Shown piece by piece: positions 20,444 through 28,438 of a stretch of DNA of 64,000 nt; within the stretch, counting starts at the first letter, position 1; every line of letters starts with the position of its first letter. Position numbers and translations under genes: made by a program. Source of the stretch: Clostridiales bacterium (GTDB lineage: Bacteria > Bacteroidota > Bacteroidia > Bacteroidales > Paludibacteraceae); the NCBI GenBank assembly GCA_963626555.1, contig CAVFXQ010000004.1:30780-94779 (forward strand), read 5' to 3'. The notes beneath the pieces are model-generated. The model did not search any database, was not told where the DNA came from, and saw nothing but the letters and a program-made list of their open reading frames with translations.

Positions 20444-20558
20444 GTCCACTTTTGCACAAAAAAGTAGACTGTCAGTACACTAAATCGCCTTGAAAAGTAG
20501 ACTGTAGGTAGACCAGTCTACTCAAAAAGTAGACTGTCAGCACAAAAAGTAGACTGTC
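20443..20558. repeat. Iteron-like array of the motif AAAAGTAGACTGTC (4 direct plus 2 inverted partial copies)
   Basis: Direct copies start at 20460, 20493, 20525 and 20545 (spacing 33, 32, 20 bp). Inverted partial copies are AGTCCACTTTT at 20443-20453 and AGTCTACT at 20515-20522. Confidence 0.8.
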
Positions 20559-20595
20559 TAAGAGCTTTACTTTTGAAATAATTCTCACTTTTTCC

Positions 20596-20603
20596 TACTT
20601 TTG
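20596..20603 (+). promoter_or_regulatory. Bacteroidota -7 promoter box upstream of the truncated AlbA_2-like gene
   Basis: TACTTTTG lies 92 nt upstream of the ATG at 20695. A near-perfect palindrome (20624-20650) lies between them. Confidence 0.35.
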
Positions 20604-20694
20604 CCAAAACGTCTACAATATCAACTCTTTGGAAATTTTTCCAAAAGAGTAAAAGCATAGTAACACTTCACATACCAATCACAACATCATTAAC

Positions 20695-20832
20695 ATGAGG
20701 CAACCCATTGACATAAAAAACCTATCAAAGTACAAGGAGAATAACCGAATAGAGGCCAAAAGAGCCAAAGGAGGTGTTCCCAATAGTATGTGGGAAACAT
20801 ATTCTGCTTTCGCAAATACAGATGGTGGCATA
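20695..20832 (+). pseudogene. 5' fragment (46 codons) of an AlbA_2/Schlafen-type putative DNA-binding ATPase gene, truncated by repeat copy 2
   Basis: [46 protein letters not shown] resembles the conserved N-terminus of Bacteroidota AlbA_2-domain proteins. Similarity stops exactly where the palindromic element begins (20838). Confidence 0.5.
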
Positions 20833-20837
20833 AAATT

Positions 20838-20916
20838 CTCCCCGACCATTTTGTTGACCTCAACAAAATGGTCGCCAGCGTTTCTACTGTTACACAAACC
20901 ATATCAAATCACGATA
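20838..20916. repeat. Palindrome-bearing repeat element, copy 2 (inside the disrupted gene)
   Basis: The palindrome at 20843-20874 is identical to copy 1. The flank TTTCTACT..CAAACC..ATCAAATCACGATA matches copy 1. Confidence 0.8.
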
Positions 20917-20991
20917 TCTTTGCGTAAAAAAAAGAAACATTTGCTATATATAAAACTCTGAATATCAATAAACAACGCTATTATCTCTATT

Positions 20992-21030
20992 CCCCGACCA
21001 TTTTGTTGGGTCCAACAAAATGGTCGCCCC
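20992..21030. repeat. Palindrome-bearing repeat element, copy 3 (hairpin only, compensatory variant)
   Basis: CGACCATTTTGTTGG-GT-CCAACAAAATGGTCG at 20995-21026. The arm tip changes A>G and T>C together, so the palindrome stays perfect. Confidence 0.8.
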
Positions 21031-21163
21031 CTCCTCCTTTTAATCTCTCGCCTTCCATACTACTATTTCTTCTCCTTCCTCTACCTCAAACTCCTCGGGT
21101 TCTTTAGAGCTTGTTTATTATACTCAACTTCAACTCTATTCGCGTTTTTCTCTTTATCTTTCG

Positions 21164-21171
21164 TATCTTTG
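21164..21171 (+). promoter_or_regulatory. Bacteroidota -7 promoter box upstream of the MTase/McrBC-like operon
   Basis: TATCTTTG lies 95 nt upstream of the ATG at 21266. Confidence 0.4.
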
Positions 21172-21265
21172 TAGAAGTAAGGGGAAAAAGACAACAAGTA
21201 TTTTTTTCTGAAAGATAGTTCTGTGTTGTGAATGTCGACAACAATGAAGTTTTATAAAAAACGGA

Positions 21266-22384
21266 ATGGCAATAAAACAATATAAATTTGTTGACTTATT
21301 TGCTGGCATAGGAGGATTTCACACTGCTATGCATAGTGTGGGTGCAAAGTGTGTTTTTGCAAGCGAATGGGACAAATATGCTCGTACATCGTACGAAGAA
21401 AACTACAAAAGTATCGAACCTTCTCTATTTGAAAAAAAAGAAGACGGGACTTACTTGTATTTCAATGAAGATATTACGCAAGCAGACCCTAAAGACATTC
21501 CTGATTTTGAGGTTTGTTGCGGAGGTTTCCCCTGTCAACCTTTTTCCACAGCTGGGCTTAAACGAGGATTTGATGATACAAGAGGCACTCTTTTTTTCAA
21601 CATAGCCAACATTGTAAAATACAAGATAGACAATGGTTGTCCCCCAAAAGTTTTATTCTTAGAAAATGTTCGTGGACTAAGAAGCCATGACAACGGAAAC
21701 ACTCTAAAAGTCATACTAGCCACTTTAGAAGAGTTGGGGTATAGGGTTTCTTATGCAATCTTAAATGCCAAATATTTTGGAGTTCCGCAAAACAGAGAAC
21801 GAATTTTCATCATTGCGTGGTACAAAAAACTAATAAATGTAGATGAGTTCAAATTCCCTTATGGCATAGACTCTAATGGAGAAACGATATACGAAAAAAT
21901 TAGAGTTAAAACAGAGGCAATGCCAACTAAAATTTCTGAAATACTTGAACCCGACGAATTTGTAAACGATTTCACCATATCTGACAGATTGTGGGCGGGA
22001 CACCAAGCTCGTAAAAAACGAAATATGGAAAATGGGAAAGGATTTGGATATAGAAAATTTAATGAAAATAGCACATATTGTAGTACAATATCTGCAAGAT
22101 ATTGGAAAGACGGAAGCGAAATCTTGATCGACCAAGAAGAAAAAGGTCAAAATCCACGAACCCTAACGCCTGTAGAGGCAGGGCGACTACAAGGATATCG
22201 GGTTTTAGGACACGGTTGGAAATATCCTGAATATGCAAACAATTCAAACTATAATGGTACCAACATAGAATTCAAGATTGTTGTATCAAAAAAAGAAGCT
22301 TACCACCAATTTGGCAACAGTGTTGCTGTTCCCGTAATTAAACGACTTGCGCAAGAGATTGTCAAACAACTATTAAGCATATAA
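21266..22384 (+). CDS. DNA (cytosine-5)-methyltransferase
   Basis: Motif I FAGIGGF, motif IV GFPCQPFS, motif VI ENV, motif VIII QNRERIF, motif X GNSVAVP. 372 aa. Confidence 0.9.
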   Translation: MAIKQYKFVDLFAGIGGFHTAMHSVGAKCVFASEWDKYARTSYEENYKSIEPSLFEKKEDGTYLYFNEDITQADPKDIPDFEVCCGGFPCQPFSTAGLKRGFDDTRGTLFFNIANIVKYKIDNGCPPKVLFLENVRGLRSHDNGNTLKVILATLEELGYRVSYAILNAKYFGVPQNRERIFIIAWYKKLINVDEFKFPYGIDSNGETIYEKIRVKTEAMPTKISEILEPDEFVNDFTISDRLWAGHQARKKRNMENGKGFGYRKFNENSTYCSTISARYWKDGSEILIDQEEKGQNPRTLTPVEAGRLQGYRVLGHGWKYPEYANNSNYNGTNIEFKIVVSKKEAYHQFGNSVAVPVIKRLAQEIVKQLLSI

Positions 22385-22387
22385 AAC

Positions 22388-24145
22388 ATGGAAAAACTCA
22401 AAGACTTACAGAAATTAGCGACCTTGGCTTCTGACCGTTTCAATCTGTATAGTGGTTTAGACTTTGTGCTACCTCAAATATTTAAGGATAAAGTAACCGA
22501 AATTAATAGCAATTCCATCGTTTATAACAAATATTCTGCAATTATAGAAACGAAAGGGAATCAGCATGGGAAACTAAACATTTTCTTGCCCAATCAATGG
22601 TTTTATATAGCTTCCTATTTTACGGAACTATATAATGAACTTCAGAGATATAAGAAATTCGCTCTTCAAATTACTACAAAAGAACGATTAAAAGATTTAG
22701 ATGGCAAAAAACTAAACGATAATGAAAATTCCTCTCTAAATAGTTTGGGAATAGACGACAGTTCGAAAGCCTTTTTAAAAAAATTCATTACAGATTATAA
22801 ATGGTGGGGCGGTGGGAAAACAATTGATAGAGGAGATTTTTTTGTTTCCCCAATTTTGAACTGTGCAGGCTTAGTGAATGCTTCTCAAACATTCATCACA
22901 GACTTATGCGCATTTTTAGCAGATAAACAAGAATTAGTCAAAGCAATTCTTGAAAAAGGAGAAACTGATAATGTTAATGTAATAACATACAAAAACACAA
23001 TTGAAGAATCCTTTATAGACTCTTCTTTCCGCCCCTACCTCGCCGCCCTCAAATCCAAGCCGTTTCTGCTGCTTGCGGGCATCTCTGGCACGGGGAAAAG
23101 CCGTATCGTGAGAGAGCTGGCGCGCGCTTGCTGGGACACAGATTCTGACGAATACCGCAAACAGAAGCCGAGAAACTTCGAAATGGTGCAGGTCAAACCC
23201 AACTGGCACGACTCCTACGAACTATTCGGGTATGTGAGCCGCGTGAGCGGTAAACCAGTCTTCGTTGTGGGCGACTTTCTCAGATTCGTGGCCCGCGCTT
23301 GGGCTGAACCCGAAATCCCCTATTTCCTCTGCTTAGACGAGATGAACCTCGCTCCCGTAGAGCAATATTTCGCCGAGTTCCTCAGCGTCATCGAGTCGCG
23401 AAAATGCAACAACGGCGTCGTTACAACCGACCCTATCCTCCGAAAGGATGACACAGAATGGTTCTTCGACCTCACCGCCTCCATCGCCCCCAACGAAGAA
23501 GTGAGAGAACGCTTCAAAAACGAGGGTATCTGTCTGCCGCAAAACCTTATCGTCGTCGGCACCGTCAACATGGACGAGACCACCTTCTCGTTCTCGCGCA
23601 AAGTATTAGACCGCGCCATGACCATCGAAATGAACGAGGTTGACCTCCACGGAGGTCTCTCTTCTCGCCACGAACGTATAGGCAAATTAGGTGCCGCCGA
23701 GCTCATCGGCACCGCCGTAGAGGGTGTGGACGTCTACGAGGCAAACAAAGAGGTATGCGACATCGCCCTCAACTACCTACAGGCGGTCAACGACGTGTTG
23801 AACGGCACTCCCTTCAAAATAGCCTACCGCACCCGCAACGAGTTCCTACTCTATGTGGTCAACAACCTGCCCTACAACAAAGACGCTGAGGGCAACGAAC
23901 TGCCTCAAGGCTTCGTCATCGCCCGCGCCCTCGACGAAATCACGAACATGAAAATCCTCTCGCGCATCGAAGGCGACGAGACGAAGGTGAGCGACAGACT
24001 GCTCAACGCACTCCGCGACACCATCTCAAACGGACTAAAAGACATCACAGACGAAGAACACCCCATCAAGTCAATCAGCATAGCCAAACTCAGCGAGATG
24101 CAGAGCCGTCTTAGCTCTTCTGGCTACACTAATTTCTGGAGTTAA
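22388..24145 (+). CDS. McrB-family AAA+ (GTPase-type) restriction subunit with an unassigned ~213-aa N-terminal domain
   Basis: Walker A LLLAGISGTGKS, Walker B FLCLDEMNLA, and the McrB-like segment VVGTVNMDETTFSFSRKVLDRAMTIEM. Starts 3 nt after the MTase stop. Confidence 0.8.
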   Translation: MEKLKDLQKLATLASDRFNLYSGLDFVLPQIFKDKVTEINSNSIVYNKYSAIIETKGNQHGKLNIFLPNQWFYIASYFTELYNELQRYKKFALQITTKERLKDLDGKKLNDNENSSLNSLGIDDSSKAFLKKFITDYKWWGGGKTIDRGDFFVSPILNCAGLVNASQTFITDLCAFLADKQELVKAILEKGETDNVNVITYKNTIEESFIDSSFRPYLAALKSKPFLLLAGISGTGKSRIVRELARACWDTDSDEYRKQKPRNFEMVQVKPNWHDSYELFGYVSRVSGKPVFVVGDFLRFVARAWAEPEIPYFLCLDEMNLAPVEQYFAEFLSVIESRKCNNGVVTTDPILRKDDTEWFFDLTASIAPNEEVRERFKNEGICLPQNLIVVGTVNMDETTFSFSRKVLDRAMTIEMNEVDLHGGLSSRHERIGKLGAAELIGTAVEGVDVYEANKEVCDIALNYLQAVNDVLNGTPFKIAYRTRNEFLLYVVNNLPYNKDAEGNELPQGFVIARALDEITNMKILSRIEGDETKVSDRLLNALRDTISNGLKDITDEEHPIKSISIAKLSEMQSRLSSSGYTNFWS

Positions 24146-24160
24146 AAAATCCAACTATCC

Positions 24161-26350
24161 ATGGAGTTGCTGACCATCACCCACACAGACTTCACGATGA
24201 GCATTGAATGCGCCAAATTCAATGCCATTTGGGAGAAAGCCGTGCGTAACATCGGCGAGCCAAAACTGCTCTCTCGTTATGCATGGACAGAAGGTGTCGT
24301 GTCGGTGGAGTGCCACACCAATGGAGAGCCTCAACAGATACAGAACGGAGAACAAGCCCCCGCCATCTTTTTCGACAATGCAGACTACCCCCTTTGGGTA
24401 GAGTTTGCCGAGAACGTTAAAGATGCGCAGTTCAACTCAGAACTGCAAGAGGTCAACGACAAGTTTTCGTTCCGCCGAGGCATCCTTGCTGGGTTTCTCA
24501 ACTATGGCAACGAAATCGGCAGAAGCGAGATCAACATCCTCTACACCACCAAAGAGAACGAAAAACGCCGTTTCGCCTTCTCGTTCGAGGTGCTAAGCAC
24601 GAAACTCGACTATCACGAGCATTGGCGTTGCATCCTCGAAGACATAGAGGCGGAATACCGCATGCTCTCGCTCGACTATCTGCGCCGCACCTTCCACGGC
24701 TTCAGTCCCGACCCCAACGGCGAGGCGCAAGAACTCATCTGGTGGAGCGTCTTCGACAGCGAGCAAGAGAAGTTCATCAACGCTTGCAAAGTCATCATTG
24801 ACCGTCCTCGCCACCGTCTGCACGGCTACGAGAGCCACCGTCGCGCCGACCGCCTCACCGTCATTCCACAAAAAGTGGAGAACGAACTATCCGAACACAG
24901 AAAAAGAGACAACCACCTCTACCGCATAGAAGAGCAACTGCAGACCAACGACACGTTGGAAAACCGTTTTCTGAAATTCGCCTTGTCTCAAATCACAAAG
25001 AAATACGAAGAACTGAAAGAGAAAATAGAGAGTCTCAACACCATCTCTCAAACGAAGAAAGACGAGTTTGCGGAGACACTCAAAACCTTGCAACGCTTAG
25101 AGCGAAACCCATTCTTCCGCACGGTGGGCAATTTCAAGGGACTAAACCAAGAGAGCCTCGTATTGCAAAAAGCCACGGGCTACAGTCAGGTATACCGCAC
25201 ATGGAACCTTCTCCGCCGTGGCTACTCCCTCTACGACGGACTTTTCCGCCTACAGACAAAAGACATTGCCACCCTCTACGAGATATGGTGCTTCATTGAG
25301 GTGAGCCACATCGTGAAAGAGCAACTGCAAGATGTTGAGGTAGACCACCGCAACCGCATGGAACTGAGCGGTCTCTTCACTTGGGAGCTTGGCAAGGGAG
25401 AACACTCGCGCATCCTCTTCAAGAAAGACAACGTACAGCTGGCAGAACTCGTCTACAACCCTAAAAATACGGATAAAGAGGACGACAACACAGGGTTGGA
25501 CGGTTTAGTGTCGCCCACCGTACCTCAGAAGCCCGACATTGTGCTTCAACTCACCAAAAACGACCTGAGAGAGGGATTGAAGATGACCTACCTCTTTGAT
25601 GCCAAATATCGCATAGACGGACGACAAAACGGAGTCGACACGCCTCCCAACGATGCCATCAACCAGATGCACCGCTACCGAGATGCCATCTATTTCAATG
25701 ACTACGAGGAAGAAGCGTTGAAAAAGGAGGTCATCGGAGGCTATATTCTCTTTCCAGGCGATGGAGAAACCACAGATGTACAATTATCCAAATTCTACAA
25801 AACCATCAGTGAGGTGAACATTGGCGCATTTCCCCTCCGCCCCAAAGACAAGCACAACCGCCTACTCTTAGAGCAGTTCATCGCACAACTCATTGAAGAG
25901 AAAAGCCACGAGACCATCGCCCACGTCATTCCACAAAAAGGCGCGTTCGTCGAAGTGGGCAACCGCGTCCTCGTCGGCTTGGTGGGCGACAACAACCGAG
26001 GCAATGCGGCGAAAAGCAAATTTCTCGACAGCACCGCAACACTCTACTATACAGGCAACAAATTTCCAACCACCATCGCCCTTCAGAACCTCCATTTTTT
26101 CATGCCATATATCAAGGGGAAAGGCATTCGCGACGTCTACGAAATCACCCGAATACGCACTATTTCTGCCAAAGAAGCCAAACAATTAGACGGAGAAGAA
26201 GGAGAAAACAACATTCGTCTCGCATTCACAATCCACTTTATCCGACAACAATTCACTGACTATCAAAACATTGACACAAGCAAAATGGCTTTCAACACAT
26301 TTATAGACACTACATTTGAAGAGTTGAAAGATTATTTGGCTTTCAAATAA
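24161..26350 (+). CDS. McrC-like nuclease subunit (DUF2357-type N-terminal domain plus PD-(D/E)xK core)
   Basis: N-terminal pattern (GILAGFLNYGNEIGRSEINI...FEVLSTKLDY..HWRCILEDIE) resembles DUF2357. Nuclease motif KPDIVLQL...YLFDAKYR. Starts 15 nt after the McrB-like stop. Confidence 0.75.
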   Translation: MELLTITHTDFTMSIECAKFNAIWEKAVRNIGEPKLLSRYAWTEGVVSVECHTNGEPQQIQNGEQAPAIFFDNADYPLWVEFAENVKDAQFNSELQEVNDKFSFRRGILAGFLNYGNEIGRSEINILYTTKENEKRRFAFSFEVLSTKLDYHEHWRCILEDIEAEYRMLSLDYLRRTFHGFSPDPNGEAQELIWWSVFDSEQEKFINACKVIIDRPRHRLHGYESHRRADRLTVIPQKVENELSEHRKRDNHLYRIEEQLQTNDTLENRFLKFALSQITKKYEELKEKIESLNTISQTKKDEFAETLKTLQRLERNPFFRTVGNFKGLNQESLVLQKATGYSQVYRTWNLLRRGYSLYDGLFRLQTKDIATLYEIWCFIEVSHIVKEQLQDVEVDHRNRMELSGLFTWELGKGEHSRILFKKDNVQLAELVYNPKNTDKEDDNTGLDGLVSPTVPQKPDIVLQLTKNDLREGLKMTYLFDAKYRIDGRQNGVDTPPNDAINQMHRYRDAIYFNDYEEEALKKEVIGGYILFPGDGETTDVQLSKFYKTISEVNIGAFPLRPKDKHNRLLLEQFIAQLIEEKSHETIAHVIPQKGAFVEVGNRVLVGLVGDNNRGNAAKSKFLDSTATLYYTGNKFPTTIALQNLHFFMPYIKGKGIRDVYEITRIRTISAKEAKQLDGEEGENNIRLAFTIHFIRQQFTDYQNIDTSKMAFNTFIDTTFEELKDYLAFK

Positions 26351-26385
26351 ATTCAAAAAAAACTCATTCTTACGATAGAAATTCT

Positions 26386-26393
26386 TAACTTTG
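26386..26393 (+). promoter_or_regulatory. Bacteroidota -7 promoter box
   Basis: TAACTTTG lies 78 nt upstream of the ATG at 26472. Confidence 0.4.
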
Positions 26394-26471
26394 CAAAGGA
26401 ATTTACTGTGTTTTGCCAATCAAGAAACAAGTTTGTTCGCGAATTTTTTAGTAAAATCAAGTACACTTAAG

Positions 26472-27065
26472 ATGGAGTACAATACGAAATTAAAAAGTTT
26501 GTCGCTTCCAGAATATGGGAGGAACATTCAAAACATGGTCAACTACTGCATGACAATAGAAGACCGCACCGAAAGAACAGCAGCCGCCTATTCGATCATC
26601 AAGGCTATGGAAACGCTCTTCCCCCACATACATGAGTTGAGCAACTACAAACAGACTTTGTGGGATCATCTCGCCATCATGTCCAACTTCACGTTGGATG
26701 TAGACTATCCTTGCGAGATCATCAAAAAAGACAAACTCAAAGTGAAGCCAGGCAAGGTCGAATACTCTTCGCCCAAGCGCATCCACTTCATGCACTATGG
26801 GAAGCTGATCCACGGCATGATAGAAAAAGCCTGCGAACTACCCTACGGAGAAGAACGAAACCTTCTCGAACTAAGAATCGCCAACTACATGAAGCGTAGC
26901 TATTACACCTTCAACAAAGACGGGGCAGACGACAGCAAAATCCTCAATGATTTGAGCTTGCTCTCTCATGGCGAAATCCGTTTGATGGAGCGTGGAGTCA
27001 AATTAGTGGAGTGCAAAGCCAACATTCCAAACACATCTACAGGCAAGAAGAAAAAGAAAAAATAG
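26472..27065 (+). CDS. DUF4290-family protein
   Basis: Starts MEYNTKLKSLSLPEYGRNIQNMV at an internal ATG. Occupies the conserved Bacteroidota position directly upstream of murA. Lys-rich C-terminus. Confidence 0.7.
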   Translation: MEYNTKLKSLSLPEYGRNIQNMVNYCMTIEDRTERTAAAYSIIKAMETLFPHIHELSNYKQTLWDHLAIMSNFTLDVDYPCEIIKKDKLKVKPGKVEYSSPKRIHFMHYGKLIHGMIEKACELPYGEERNLLELRIANYMKRSYYTFNKDGADDSKILNDLSLLSHGEIRLMERGVKLVECKANIPNTSTGKKKKKK

Positions 27066-27073
27066 TTCTCACA

Positions 27074-28384
27074 ATGGCAAAATTTCTGATTGAAGGAGGG
27101 CATTCGCTCAAAGGCGACATCTACCCACAAGGAGCCAAAAATGAGGCGTTGGAAGTCATCTGCGCCACTCTGCTCACCGCTGAAGAGGTAGTCATTAAAA
27201 ACGTACCCAACATTCTCGATGTCAACAATCTCATCCGATTGCTGAAAGACATGGGCGTGACAGTCGAAAACTTAGGTGGCGGAACATTCTCCTTCAAAGC
27301 AGACAATGTCAATCTGGACTTTTTAGACACACCACAGTTCTATAAGCAATGCGCTGCGTTGCGTGGCTCGGTGATGCTCGTAGGGCCGCTCGTGGCACGC
27401 TTCGGTGTTGCCGTCGTACCTAAACCAGGAGGCGACAAAATCGGCCGACGGAGATTAGACACCCATTTCATCGGAATACAGAAATTAGGTGCTATCTTCT
27501 GCTACGACCCCGACTTGCAGCTCTATCGCATCCACGCCAACAATCTGAAGGGACTCTATATGCTGTTGGACGAAGCTTCCGTAACAGGAACAGCCAACAT
27601 CGTAATGACAGCCGTCCTCGCCGAGGGCGAAACCACCATCTACAACGCCGCCTGCGAGCCTTACATACAGCAACTTTGCAAGATGCTCAATAAGATGGGG
27701 GCGAAAATCACAGGCATCGGCTCTAATCTGCTCCACATTCAAGGAGTGAAAGAGTTGCATGGGTGCGCTGAGCATGCCATTCTGCCCGACATGATTGAAA
27801 TCGGCAGTTTCATTGGAATGGCCGCTATGACCAACTCCGAAATCACTATCAAAAACGTCTGCTACGACGAGTTGGGAATGATACCCGACTGTTTCCGCAA
27901 GTTAGGCATTCAATTGGAGCGCATTAACGACGACATCTACATTCCGAAACAAGAGAAATACACCATCGACACATTCATGGACGGTTCGATCATGACCTTC
28001 GCCGATGCGCCATGGCCAGGACTCACACCAGACTTGCTCAGTGTCTTCCTCGTCGTTGCCACCCAGGCAAGAGGCAGTGTGCTAATCCACCAAAAAATGT
28101 TCGAAAGCCGACTTTTCTTCGTGGACAAGCTGATAGACATGGGAGCGCAGATTATTCTTTGCGACCCCCATCGTGCCACCGTCATCGGACTTGCCAAGGA
28201 GACTCAACTCAGAGCCTCAAAAATGTCCTCGCCCGACATTCGCGCGGGCATTGCCCTTTTAATCGCCGCTATGAGTGCCAAAGGCACCAGCACCATCAGC
28301 AACATTGAGCAGATTGACCGAGGATATGAGAATATAGACGGCCGTCTCAACGCCATCGGGGCTAAGATTATGAGAGTGGAATAG
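27074..28384 (+). CDS. murA: UDP-N-acetylglucosamine 1-carboxyvinyltransferase
   Basis: MAKFLIEGGHSLKGDI..QGAKNEALEVICATLL N-terminus, KPGGDKIGRRRLDTH loop and EPSP-synthase-fold length (436 aa). Confidence 0.9.
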   Translation: MAKFLIEGGHSLKGDIYPQGAKNEALEVICATLLTAEEVVIKNVPNILDVNNLIRLLKDMGVTVENLGGGTFSFKADNVNLDFLDTPQFYKQCAALRGSVMLVGPLVARFGVAVVPKPGGDKIGRRRLDTHFIGIQKLGAIFCYDPDLQLYRIHANNLKGLYMLLDEASVTGTANIVMTAVLAEGETTIYNAACEPYIQQLCKMLNKMGAKITGIGSNLLHIQGVKELHGCAEHAILPDMIEIGSFIGMAAMTNSEITIKNVCYDELGMIPDCFRKLGIQLERINDDIYIPKQEKYTIDTFMDGSIMTFADAPWPGLTPDLLSVFLVVATQARGSVLIHQKMFESRLFFVDKLIDMGAQIILCDPHRATVIGLAKETQLRASKMSSPDIRAGIALLIAAMSAKGTSTISNIEQIDRGYENIDGRLNAIGAKIMRVE

Positions 28385-28438
28385 AAGAGGTTCTATCTTC
28401 ACACCTATAGAAGGACACATTCAAAATCTCATAAAACT

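Noticed and set aside
20443-20558. Possible CRISPR array, because of the regularly repeated AAAAGTAGACTGTC
   Set aside because: The repeat unit is only ~14 nt and the spacers are 6-19 nt. Copies occur in both orientations and no cas genes are present, so this is not CRISPR architecture.
20881-20900. TTTCTACTGTT resembles the 5' part of the Cas12a direct-repeat stem (AATTTCTACTGTTGTAGAT)
   Set aside because: The complementary GTAGAT half is absent at the right spacing. There is no repeat-spacer array and no cas12a gene in the window. Likely a chance match.
23320-26185. Many 60-130 aa ORFs antisense to or overlapping the McrB-like and McrC-like genes (e.g. 23320-23712, 24593-24871, 25868-26185)
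   Set aside because: They lie entirely inside long, motif-supported genes. Their abundance is explained by the locally high GC content, which depletes stop codons.
26391-27073. Longer N-terminal extensions of the DUF4290 (from 26391) and murA (from 27011) ORFs
   Set aside because: The conserved N-termini start at the internal ATGs (26472 and 27074). The 26391 extension would begin inside the promoter box, and the murA extension overlaps the upstream gene.
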